From positions 1-27,921 of the forward strand of contig JANOTL010000114.1 of the NCBI GenBank assembly GCA_031416315.1: a DNA stretch of 27,921 nucleotides. The letters are read 5' to 3'. Below, piece by piece: positions 8,444 through 16,828 of the stretch (positions are counted from its first letter, which is position 1; every line of letters starts with the position of its first letter). Origin of the DNA: Pseudomonadota bacterium. Lineage in GTDB: Bacteria; Bdellovibrionota_B; Oligoflexia; Oligoflexales; CAIYRB01. The notes under the pieces are model-generated. The model did not search any database, was not told where the DNA came from, and saw only the letters and a list, made by a program, of their open reading frames with translations. The position numbers and the translations under genes are program-made.

Positions 8444-10165
8444 CTATTTCGAGACCCAACCCGAGTCGGCGCAGATCCAGAGGAAGCCTGCGTCCGTCTC
8501 GATCTTCATACGGCCGCGCTCTGCGGCGCTGTCGCAGTCGGAGGCGGGAGGCGGAGTGGTTACGGTTTGGAGTTGGACGTAGCCGGCGACTTGCAAGGTG
8601 CTTTCGGGGGCAGTCGTTCCGATCCCGACATTCCGCGTCGCATGGGCGATCGTCACAGCGGACTGGCCACCAACCGGGTCCATGATTGAGAAGTCACGAC
8701 TGCCGCTACCTCCCGGACTATCAGTGCCAAGCAGCCAGTTGAGCCCGCTTGGGCCGGCGAATACGACCTGCGCATTGTTGCTGGTTGCGTCAGTGCTGTT
8801 GAGCATGAGCGTCGGCGTTTTCACGTTCGCGGCGGAGGCGATTTCGAGGCCGGCCCGAAAACCCGCCGTTGCGAGCGGGGTGGTCGTGCCGATCCCGACG
8901 TTGCCGGTCGGGTCGATCGTCATATGAAATGCAGTGCCGCCATTGTCGGCCTTCGTGGCGAAGCGAAGGTCTCCGCCGAGGCCGTTGGGGCCGCCGGTGC
9001 CGAGGAGCACCGAAGTGATGATCGCCGAGCGCTTTTCGGCGCCGGCGTTGTTGGCGCTGACGAAGTCGATCATCCCGACATAAGAGGACAAGACCGGCGC
9101 CGACTGGATGTTGCCGAGGATGATCCGGCCGAACGAGTCAGGGGCATCGCCACGTCCCGTGACGGCCAATTGCCGCTCAAAGGGCCCGTAGGGCATTCCC
9201 AAGTTCGGCGTCGTCGTCCCGATGCCGACGTTGCCGCCTCCTGCTTGGAGCACCAAAGGATAGTTTGCTCCCTGCGTCCCCAAGGCGAGGTACGAGGAAT
9301 TCAATGTGCCGCCGTCACCCCATTTCAGCAGGCCGTAGCGGCTCCCTTCGTCACCAATCTTCGAAGAGTAACCGTAAAAGCGCACTTCCTGGTTGTTGCC
9401 AGCGGTCGCTGAAGAAACCTCATTGAATTTGACCGAGCCGGTCCTCTTGGCGCCGATGTCCAAGCTGTCGTTGTCGCCGCCGGCGGTCTTAATGTAGTTG
9501 CCGTTGAGGTTGGTCTCGACATAGCCGAGAGAAATGACGGGGTTCGTCGCCGTTCCCCAGACGATGTTTCCGGTAGCCGCGTCGACGAAAAGGTTGCCGC
9601 CCGTGACATGGAGCTTGTGGCCCGGAGCCGAAGTCCCGATCCCGACTTTGCCGTTGGCGTCGGCACCGACTTTCCCCGCGAGTGCTTCGGTAAGACCCGG
9701 AATGGAGGCCTGCGTGAGCGCTTGCGGCTTCACGGTGAGGCGCCCTTCTTCATCGAAGTCGACGGTCTCGCCGTCGACCGGGACCTTCAACGCATAGGGC
9801 ACCGGTGAAAACGCCTGACGCGGATACGTGCGAGCGTGCGTGACGTCGCGAACCTCGACGAAGACAGGTGCTCCGGCCTTCGGAAACACGGTATGGAGCG
9901 CCGGCGCGTCGATCGCGAGACGAATCTGGAACACGCCGTCGTCGAGCGCGACGTCGGTGAAAGCGAGCGGCGGCACGGCGATGACGTCGTCGCCCGCAGC
10001 GCTCCGATAAAATCGCACCTCGAGCGCCACCGGTCCAGCTACAGGGCTGCCGTCGACCGAGGTCATCCTGCCGACGTAGCTGAGGTCGAGCACGGAGGCG
10101 ACCGCAACGATGTCGAAGCTCGCGCTCGCGGCAATGACGACGAGAAGAGCGCGGATTGGGTTCAT
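8444..10165 (-). CDS. Secreted phage-tail-fibre-like trimeric adhesin (Bdellovibrio MAT-like), no S74 chaperone
   Basis: N-terminal signal peptide, an N-domain LSYVGRM...GVFQIRL...PRQAFSPVPYAL, four [GR][NK]VGIGT[ST]xP joints, and a short C-terminal cap CDSAAERGRMK...LWICADSGW. Confidence 0.72.
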   Translation of the reverse strand: MNPIRALLVVIAASASFDIVAVASVLDLSYVGRMTSVDGSPVAGPVALEVRFYRSAAGDDVIAVPPLAFTDVALDDGVFQIRLAIDAPALHTVFPKAGAPVFVEVRDVTHARTYPRQAFSPVPYALKVPVDGETVDFDEEGRLTVKPQALTQASIPGLTEALAGKVGADANGKVGIGTSAPGHKLHVTGGNLFVDAATGNIVWGTATNPVISLGYVETNLNGNYIKTAGGDNDSLDIGAKRTGSVKFNEVSSATAGNNQEVRFYGYSSKIGDEGSRYGLLKWGDGGTLNSSYLALGTQGANYPLVLQAGGGNVGIGTTTPNLGMPYGPFERQLAVTGRGDAPDSFGRIILGNIQSAPVLSSYVGMIDFVSANNAGAEKRSAIITSVLLGTGGPNGLGGDLRFATKADNGGTAFHMTIDPTGNVGIGTTTPLATAGFRAGLEIASAANVKTPTLMLNSTDATSNNAQVVFAGPSGLNWLLGTDSPGGSGSRDFSIMDPVGGQSAVTIAHATRNVGIGTTAPESTLQVAGYVQLQTVTTPPPASDCDSAAERGRMKIETDAGFLWICADSGWVSK

Positions 10166-10175
10166 GCGCAGACTC

Positions 10176-10829
10176 TCACAAATTGATCAAGCTGAACGCG
10201 CCCGTCGTCAATCGCGAGCCGTCAGGCGCCACGACTTTTCCCGTCAAAGGCGCGAGCGCGCCCTGAAACCCGTCTTGCACCTGACGCCTCTCCGAGAAGT
10301 GCAGCACGGCAGGCTCGAAGAGCGTGAAGTCGCGCAGCACGAAGGCGCTCGAAGTGAGCACCGGCGCTTCGTCGCCTTCAGGCGTGATCGTCAACTGATT
10401 GGATCCGTACACCAAGAGTCCGCGCAACGCGGGGCTCGCCGGAAAGAGGCGCAAGGTCGCGGCGGCGAGATCCGTCGGCGTGTAATCGAAGCCAGCGGCG
10501 AGCGCGCTGCCGCTTTCGACGTGCGTCAGCGTGAACTTGCCGGGCTCCAGGACCGTATGGTCCGTCAGCGCGAAGCTCACGGTTTGTCGTGTTTGAAAAC
10601 GGACGCGCGCCTTAGTCGTCGCCGGGGACGCGGGCTCCTCGACCGCCGGCTCTTCCGCCGCCACGGGAGCTGGCTCCGCGACGACCGGCGGCGGCGCCGG
10701 CGGCGGGATCAACGGCGTCACTTTCGCTTCGCGCGCCCGGCCTTCCGTCGACGCGCCGAGCTTGCTGCGACAGCCGGCGGCGAGGGAAACTAAAAAAAGG
10801 AGCGAAACAATGAGTGGTGTTGAGCGCAT
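10176..10829 (-). CDS. Hypothetical lipoprotein
   Basis: MRSTPLIVSLLFLVSLAAGC lipobox, a Pro/Ala/Glu linker and a beta-rich-looking C-domain. Ends 10 nt before the fibre start. Confidence 0.72.
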   Translation of the reverse strand: MRSTPLIVSLLFLVSLAAGCRSKLGASTEGRAREAKVTPLIPPPAPPPVVAEPAPVAAEEPAVEEPASPATTKARVRFQTRQTVSFALTDHTVLEPGKFTLTHVESGSALAAGFDYTPTDLAAATLRLFPASPALRGLLVYGSNQLTITPEGDEAPVLTSSAFVLRDFTLFEPAVLHFSERRQVQDGFQGALAPLTGKVVAPDGSRLTTGAFSLINL

Positions 10830-10835
10830 GCTCCG

Positions 10836-10863
10836 GGATCGGCCGGATCCGCCCCACCCTTGA
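10836..10863 (-). promoter_or_regulatory. Sigma-28-like promoter
   Basis: Minus strand TCAAG (10859-10863)-N15-GCCGATCC (10836-10843). Confidence 0.6.
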
Positions 10864-10882
10864 GCCTCGTCGCGGAAAAATC

Positions 10883-11740
10883 TTACTTCTGCGGCTTAAC
10901 CTTGTTGAATCGCAAGGCTACCTCTCCCGTGACCACGCGTCTCAGGCCTTCCACCAGGCAGCGCGGCTCGTGCACCCTTTCCCCGGTCTTGACGATCGTC
11001 TCCAGCCCCGTCCCCGGCGCCACCACGAACGTGTCCTGATGAATGATCTGATCCCCCGCGTCGAGCTCGGGGACGATGTAGTGCACGGTCGCGCCGTAGC
11101 TCAGCATCCGCCGCGCGAACGCGTCGTGATACGGCGTCCGCCCGGGGAATGCCGGCAGCAAGCCGTGATGCAAATTGATGATGCGACCGCCGGCGAACTG
11201 CCAACACAAGGCCGCCGGAATCAGGCGCATGTACCGCGCGAGCACGATGTAGTCGACCTCGTAGCGGTCGAAGAGCTCCGCGATCTTCTCGTTGTCCGGC
11301 TTGCCGTCCGCATCGCCGACCATGTGCCACGGCAGGCCGTGCGCCTTGGCGAGCGCCTCGCCGTTTGGACGGTTGCCGATCACGGCCGAGACCTCCGCCG
11401 GGAGCTTGCCGTCGCGAACGGCCTCGATCACCGCTGTTGGCGTCTCGTGCCGCACGGTCGTCAGCAGCGCCAAGCGGGGCTTCCTCTGGTGCTCAGAGGA
11501 GGACCAGACGCGCACCTTCAGCCCCTTCGCCTTGCCGATCGCCTGCATTTCCTGCCGCAACTGGCCGACGGTCGCGGAATTCGGCCAGTCGAGGCGCAGA
11601 ACCATGGCGAAGATCTTCTCTTCGTCGTGGTCGTACATCTGGATCTCCGCGATGTTGGCGTGCGCGGCGCTGACGTGATGGATGATGGGGTCGGCCAAGC
11701 CGACGTTGTCCGGGCCGACGGCCGTGATCGTGACGTGCAC
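10883..11740 (-). CDS. purU: Formyltetrahydrofolate deformylase
   Basis: N-terminal ACT-like domain (ITAVGPDNVGL) followed by formyltransferase motifs VLARYM, IINLHHGLLPAFPG, GATVHY and LDAGDQII. Confidence 0.85.
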   Translation of the reverse strand: MHVTITAVGPDNVGLADPIIHHVSAAHANIAEIQMYDHDEEKIFAMVLRLDWPNSATVGQLRQEMQAIGKAKGLKVRVWSSSEHQRKPRLALLTTVRHETPTAVIEAVRDGKLPAEVSAVIGNRPNGEALAKAHGLPWHMVGDADGKPDNEKIAELFDRYEVDYIVLARYMRLIPAALCWQFAGGRIINLHHGLLPAFPGRTPYHDAFARRMLSYGATVHYIVPELDAGDQIIHQDTFVVAPGTGLETIVKTGERVHEPRCLVEGLRRVVTGEVALRFNKVKPQK

Positions 11741-11743
11741 CTG

Positions 11744-12514
11744 TTACTCCGCGTTTCGCTCGCTGAAGACCTTGCCGTCGTCGAGACGCAACGCCGTCAA
11801 GGCGTTGCCCCAGATGCAACCGGTGTCGAGGCAGACCGCGCCCGGCATCCGGCGAAAACCGAGCGTCGACCAGTGGCCGAAGATCACCGTCGGCTCGCCG
11901 GACTCGGCGGCGACCGGCTCGCGCACGTTGAACCAGGGTACGAGACCAGGCATGGCCTCCTCCGGCGCATCGCTCGAGGTGTAGTCGGGCGTGCCATTCC
12001 GGCCGACGAAGCGGATCGCCGTGAAGACGCGGAGCGAAGCGCCGACCCCCGCCTCGCGCGTCGCGAGGAGCGGCCCGATGCCGCGTGTGCGCAGCACGTC
12101 CTCGACGGCCCGCGCCTCGCGCCGCACGTCGGCCATCCGCCAATGCGGATGAAACCCGGCGTGCACCATCGCCCAAGCGCCCTCTTCGTGGACGAGCGGC
12201 CGTTGCGCCAGCCAACGGAGGAGCTCTTCGCGGTCCGGCGCGGCGAGGACCGGATCCAGCGTGTCACGCCGCTTCGGCGGCGCGATCCCGGCGCCACGCG
12301 CCAAGAGGTGAAGGTCATGATTCCCGAGCACGGCGACGACGGCTTCGCCTTGCGCCTTCGCCCAGCGCAGAATCTCGAGCGAGCCGGGACCGCGGTTGAC
12401 GAGGTCGCCAGCGAGCCAGAGCCGGTCCTTGCCCGCGTCGAAGGCGATCGTACGCAAGAGCGCGTTCAGCGTCTTGAAGCAGCCCTGCAAATCACCGATT
12501 GCGTAGGTCGCCAT
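11744..12514 (-). CDS. apaH: Symmetrical bis(5'-nucleosyl)-tetraphosphatase
   Basis: Start at 12514 (MATYAIGDLQGC). Motifs GDLVNRGPGSL, VLGNHDLHLL, MVHAG, IFGHWSTLG and LDTGCIWGNALTALRL. Confidence 0.92.
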   Translation of the reverse strand: MATYAIGDLQGCFKTLNALLRTIAFDAGKDRLWLAGDLVNRGPGSLEILRWAKAQGEAVVAVLGNHDLHLLARGAGIAPPKRRDTLDPVLAAPDREELLRWLAQRPLVHEEGAWAMVHAGFHPHWRMADVRREARAVEDVLRTRGIGPLLATREAGVGASLRVFTAIRFVGRNGTPDYTSSDAPEEAMPGLVPWFNVREPVAAESGEPTVIFGHWSTLGFRRMPGAVCLDTGCIWGNALTALRLDDGKVFSERNAE

Positions 12515-12569
12515 TCCTCGTCCTTCGACCCAAGCCCTCAAAACCATAGGGTAACACAAAACGGCTTGC

Positions 12570-12596
12570 TCAAGTTCCCAAGGCGCGCGCCGAAGA
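12570..12596 (+). promoter_or_regulatory. Sigma-28-like promoter
   Basis: TCAAGTTC-N11-GCCGAAGA, the same spacing as the consensus TAAAGTTT-N11-GCCGATAA. A GGAGG SD follows before ATG 12618. Confidence 0.62.
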
Positions 12597-12617
12597 CCGG
12601 AGCGGAGGTACGCGGTC

Positions 12618-14213
12618 ATGTGGTCCCAGATTCGTATTCACGTCGCGGTCGTCGTTGCGCTCCTAGCCACAGCCTGCTCGGGCAGCGGCGGATTCGGCGG
12701 CAACAGCGGGAAGCAGATCAACGCCAAGCCTTCGACCCCCTCGCCCTTGCCGGCGAAGCCCGCGCCGCAGCCGGCTGCGCCAAAGCCCCCGCCGGCGCCG
12801 GTCCCAGGCGATCTCGGCACCAAAGGGGAGACCCCCGCGCCGAATCCGAATCCCAATCCGCAGCCCAATCAAGTCGTGCCGCCGCTCGTCGTGCCGCTGC
12901 CGGCGCCGCAACCCGTTCCGCGCCCGCAGCCGCAGCCCTTGCCCCCGCCGACCCCGCTGCCCGAGCCCCAAGCTTTGCCGCAGCTTCCGCCCGCACCCCA
13001 AGCGCCGACGCCCGTGACGCCTCCGAGCCCGCCGCCGGCCGGCCCTTCCGGCGAGCCGGAGAAGGGCGCGCTGCAATTCAACGCCGTCCCCTTCGTTAAC
13101 ATGGAGCACCGCGCCCATGCGTCCGAGCCCGGCGCCTTCGCCATCTTGAAGGACGGCGCCGGCAAGGTCCTTGCCGCCGGCCCGATGACGCCCGAGGTCG
13201 CCTGCCGCGGCGAGAACCGCGAGAGCATGGCGTACCCGGTCGTCACCCTCAACGTCCCCCTCGTCTACCTCGCGGGCGGCGCCGAGAGCGGCGCCAACGC
13301 CAGCGGCAACGGCACGCTCTCGGTTTGTCTCGTCAACGATGCGAGCGCCGCCGGTGACGCGCTCGTCTGCAAGAAGGAAAGCCGCGGCAACGACGGCGAT
13401 CGTCCCGCCTTCTGGTACGACCGACCGGTCGCCTACACGGTGAGCGCCGGCGCAGTCGTCATCAACAATGCCGCCGGCTATGGCGGCGGCGGCGGCATGC
13501 AGCAAGGCGGCGGCGAAGGCTGGGGACTCTACGGAGGCGGCGAGAACGTCGCCGGCGGCCTGAGCTTCGCGCACCCGATCCAGTCGCCGGTCTGCGGCTC
13601 GAAGGCCCGTGGCTACGCCGACTACAACTCGCCGCTCGTTCTCGATTTGGACGGCGACGGGCTCGAGCTAACCAGCGTCTGGGCCGGCACTCCTGTGAGC
13701 TTCGACGTGCTCGGTGACGGCAATAAGGTCCGCACCGGCTGGGTCTTCGGCGACGACGCCTTGCTGGCGCTCGACGTCGACGGCAACGGCAGGATCGATT
13801 CCGGCGCCGAGCTGTTCGGCGAGAACAGCGCGCGCGCCGCGGCCAAGGACAAATGGGCCTTCCGCAATTTCGAGAGCGGCTTCCAAGCCCTCGCCGCGCA
13901 CGACGCGAACGAGGACGGCGCGGTCGACGCGAAGGATCCCGTGTTCGCGCGCCTCCTTCTTTGGCAGGACGGCAATCAGAACGGCGTCAGCGAGCCTGGG
14001 GAGCTGACGCAGCTGGCGCAGAGCCCGGTGCAAAGCTTGAGCCTCGCGTACGCGAAGACCGGAAGCCCGGGCCGTTTCGAGATGGTCGCCATGAACGAGG
14101 TGCGCTTGAAGGCGGAGTGGACGGCGAAAGACGGAACGCGGCGCGCCTTGGGCGACGTGTGGTTCGCGGCACGGGGCGCCGAGACGGCGAAGAAGACGGA
14201 GGGCTCCAAATGA
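12618..14213 (+). CDS. Proline-rich lipoprotein with a C-terminal Ca2+-binding FrpC self-processing-module-like domain
   Basis: Lipobox ATAC, a ~110-aa Pro-rich stalk, then SPLVLDLDGDG...TGWV...DDALLALDVDGNGRIDSGAELFG...DANEDGAVD...LWQDGNQNGVSEPGEL...SLSLAY...GDVWF. Confidence 0.8.
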   Translation: MWSQIRIHVAVVVALLATACSGSGGFGGNSGKQINAKPSTPSPLPAKPAPQPAAPKPPPAPVPGDLGTKGETPAPNPNPNPQPNQVVPPLVVPLPAPQPVPRPQPQPLPPPTPLPEPQALPQLPPAPQAPTPVTPPSPPPAGPSGEPEKGALQFNAVPFVNMEHRAHASEPGAFAILKDGAGKVLAAGPMTPEVACRGENRESMAYPVVTLNVPLVYLAGGAESGANASGNGTLSVCLVNDASAAGDALVCKKESRGNDGDRPAFWYDRPVAYTVSAGAVVINNAAGYGGGGGMQQGGGEGWGLYGGGENVAGGLSFAHPIQSPVCGSKARGYADYNSPLVLDLDGDGLELTSVWAGTPVSFDVLGDGNKVRTGWVFGDDALLALDVDGNGRIDSGAELFGENSARAAAKDKWAFRNFESGFQALAAHDANEDGAVDAKDPVFARLLLWQDGNQNGVSEPGELTQLAQSPVQSLSLAYAKTGSPGRFEMVAMNEVRLKAEWTAKDGTRRALGDVWFAARGAETAKKTEGSK

Positions 14214-14932
14214 TCCGCACGATTTTCACGCTCGCGACGCTCGGCTCGGCTTCGGTCTTCTTTGCCTGCCAGCCCTTGAGCACCGGACTGAAGGAGTCGC
14301 AGGACTTCTCCGGCCTCTATTCTCTGGGCGTCAGCGGCGGCGCTGCGCTCGGGACGCCCGAGGCGATCGCGGCGCTGAACGTGTTCTGCGCGCCCGAGAA
14401 TCTACCGGGCTATCTCGACAAGATCGCGAAGCGCCTGTCGTTCAATGCGGGTTACTCCGAGCATCCGGGCGCGGGATACGATGCGCCGATCGTGATGCAA
14501 AACGGCCCGGACGGGGCGCAGGCGTACTACATCGGCAACGGCCAGATGTTCGACGGCGCCGGGAGCTTCGCGATGTTCCCGCCGACCAACGGCAACATCA
14601 GCCGACTCGTCGCCGGCTACTGCGGGGTCGCCTTGGCGTCTTTGGGCGGCGGATCCTCGGGCGGGCTGCCGTCGCGGGCGACGTTTGGCGCGGCCCCGAG
14701 CCCGAAGTGCGGGTATCCGACGATCGAGGTGTCGCAAGGCGGCAATGTATCGGGCAGCTCCGCGGCCGGATCGATCAGCTCGGGCGGCTGCGTGATCGCG
14801 AAGATGCAGAATGCGGCGATTCGGCACACGACGGAGATCGCTTTTTGTCCGGATGCATTGGGCGGGAATTTCAAGACCAATGGCGACGGGGCCGCGTCGG
14901 AGATGTCGATCATCATCCGTGGGGGTGGGTGA
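14210..14932 (+). CDS. Hypothetical lipoprotein, Gly/Cys-rich
   Basis: ATG overlaps the upstream stop (ATGA). Signal MIRTIFTLATLGSASVFFAC. Confidence 0.68.
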   Translation: MIRTIFTLATLGSASVFFACQPLSTGLKESQDFSGLYSLGVSGGAALGTPEAIAALNVFCAPENLPGYLDKIAKRLSFNAGYSEHPGAGYDAPIVMQNGPDGAQAYYIGNGQMFDGAGSFAMFPPTNGNISRLVAGYCGVALASLGGGSSGGLPSRATFGAAPSPKCGYPTIEVSQGGNVSGSSAAGSISSGGCVIAKMQNAAIRHTTEIAFCPDALGGNFKTNGDGAASEMSIIIRGGG

Positions 14933-15412
14933 CTACCGCCGCGGACTGATCGTCTTCTGCTCGCGCACTTCCCTCAACCTCACAAACGCCCGCGATCCGA
15001 CCACCGCATAAAAGCTGGCCAGCGTAAACGCCCACAACGCCGGCACGCCCGTGCTCACGTCCTGCAGTTTCGACGTCACCCGCGCCGCGAACCCGCCGGT
15101 CCGGCGCGGCTCGCGCTTGAACTGCTTCAACGCGACCGCCGACGTCAGCAAGCACCCCATGAAAAAGCTGTCTCGCGCCAGGGTCTTCACCCTCGCCTCT
15201 TCGATCGCCGCGTCAAACCGCTTCTTCGCCGACTCGTCGAATCGCAGAAGCTTCGCCTGCTGCTCGGCGAACACGTCGATGAGCGCCTCGGGCTCGATCT
15301 TCGCGAGCTTCAAGAGCGAGGCGTTCGCTTTGGTCGCGAGCTCCTCGAGCCGCTTGGCAAGCTCTTGCAGCTCCTCGGGGGTCGGTCCCCCGTCTCGGAA
15401 CGGCGGGCGCAT
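14933..15412 (-). CDS. Hypothetical protein (helical N-terminus, two hydrophobic segments)
   Basis: Starts 1 nt after the proC stop and fills the gap to the convergent gene. No family recognised. Confidence 0.55.
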   Translation of the reverse strand: MRPPFRDGGPTPEELQELAKRLEELATKANASLLKLAKIEPEALIDVFAEQQAKLLRFDESAKKRFDAAIEEARVKTLARDSFFMGCLLTSAVALKQFKREPRRTGGFAARVTSKLQDVSTGVPALWAFTLASFYAVVGSRAFVRLREVREQKTISPRR

Positions 15413-15413
15413 C

Positions 15414-16247
15414 TCACTTCTTCCTGAGCAGCGCCGCGCGCTGCGTCGCCGTCTCGACCGCGCTCACCAGCATGGCGCGTAGGCCGCGGCTCTCGAGCTC
15501 GTGGATCGCGTGGATGGTGGTGCCACCCGGAGTCGTCACCTGGTCGCGCAGGATGGCGGGGTGGAGGCCGGTCTCTTTCACGAGCATCGCGGAGCCGAGC
15601 ACGGTCTGGGTCGCGAGCTTCGCGGACAGGACGCGAGGAATACCCATTTTTACGCCGCCATCGGTCAGGGCCTCGATGACCATGTAAAGGTAAGCAGGCC
15701 CGCTGCCCGACAGGCCGGTCACGGCATCGAGCAACGACTCCTTCGTCCAGTCCGCCTCGCCGATGGCGCCGAAGATCGCCTCTGCCAGCTGCGCATGCTG
15801 CGGGCTCACGGCTTCGTTGGCGCACATCGCGGTGGCCGCCGCGCCGACGGTGGCGGCGATGTTCGGCATGGCGCGCACGACGGCGCCGGCGTGGCCGAAG
15901 GCGGCGCACACGTCGTCCATGGTGACTCCGGCCAGAATGGAGACGACGAGCCCGGCCTTCGGGACCTGGCCCTTGAGCTTCTCGCCGACGCCGGCCAGAT
16001 CCTGCGGCTTGACGCAGACGATTACGGCGTCAAGCGTTGCCAAGAGCGAAGGCTCCAGGGTCGCGACGCCGGACGCGCCCGTCGCGACGGCCAAGGCCGT
16101 GAGACGCTCCGCGTGCGCGTCGTGCACATAGACTTCGAAGCGCGCCGCGTGCTCTTTCGCCAGAAGGCCGCGCGCCAGCGCGCCGCCCATGTTGCCGGTG
16201 CCGATGATCAAAACGGTCTGTCGCGAGAAGGGCGCCACTTTGAGCAC
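15414..16247 (-). CDS. proC: Pyrroline-5-carboxylate reductase
   Basis: Motifs IGTGNMG, CVKPQ, SILAGV, VRAMPN, TGLSGSGPAY and VTTPGGTTI. GAGGAG SD upstream. Confidence 0.95.
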   Translation of the reverse strand: MLKVAPFSRQTVLIIGTGNMGGALARGLLAKEHAARFEVYVHDAHAERLTALAVATGASGVATLEPSLLATLDAVIVCVKPQDLAGVGEKLKGQVPKAGLVVSILAGVTMDDVCAAFGHAGAVVRAMPNIAATVGAAATAMCANEAVSPQHAQLAEAIFGAIGEADWTKESLLDAVTGLSGSGPAYLYMVIEALTDGGVKMGIPRVLSAKLATQTVLGSAMLVKETGLHPAILRDQVTTPGGTTIHAIHELESRGLRAMLVSAVETATQRAALLRKK

Positions 16248-16279
16248 CTCCTCGCGACAGTCTACCAGCTCGAACCTAC

Positions 16280-16708
16280 TTAAGCAGGCACGATCTTATT
16301 CGACAGCTCGATCCCAAACTGACGCTCGAGCTGGGAAAGGCAGCCTTCCCATTGCGCGAGATCGGTATTGTCGATCTGCACGATCTGGATGCCCAGCGTC
16401 ATCGTCTTCCCGGTGTCGTCCTCGTCGTTGGCCTCGCGGCGCACGACTTTGCCGAGGCAGGCCACCGGCTTGTCCAGGCAGTCGCCCTTCGGATCGATGG
16501 TGAGCTCGAGGAGCGTGTTGACGATGAACGGCATCTTGGTGTCGCGCTGCCAGGACAAGAGCAGTCCAGAGCGCGAGATGTCGATCGTCGTGAACTTGTA
16601 CGAGGCGTTGGTGCCGATCGTGCGCGACTCGACCATGAGGTCGACGGGCACGCGCGGCGCGCGGACGCGCATTGAGCTCGGACGGACGAGCCTGGCATTG
16701 AGCGACAT
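16280..16708 (-). CDS. Stand-alone PilZ domain protein
   Basis: RxxxR (RVRAPRVP) and D-x-S-x-x-G (DISRSG) c-di-GMP-binding motifs, plus GKVVR. GAGGAG SD upstream. Confidence 0.8.
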   Translation of the reverse strand: MSLNARLVRPSSMRVRAPRVPVDLMVESRTIGTNASYKFTTIDISRSGLLLSWQRDTKMPFIVNTLLELTIDPKGDCLDKPVACLGKVVRREANDEDDTGKTMTLGIQIVQIDNTDLAQWEGCLSQLERQFGIELSNKIVPA

Positions 16709-16828
16709 GAATCTGACTCCTCTAAAGCTGCCGCCGGGTCTTGCGCGGCCTGACTACCTAAGTCTTTCGAGCGTTTCGCGGCTCGCCTTTAGGACAATCT
16801 ATTTTATCAATGAAGTAGCAGTGTTATG

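Noticed and set aside
8444..10165. Prophage tail gene or shufflon
   Set aside because: It has a signal peptide. There are no phage structural genes, no recombinase and no inverted silent cassettes nearby.
10814..13099. 761-aa plus-strand ORF, and similar long ORFs such as 4288..5685, 16824..18407 and 20050..21531
   Set aside because: These are antisense or off-frame shadows of well-supported genes, expected in high-GC DNA, with no recognisable motifs.
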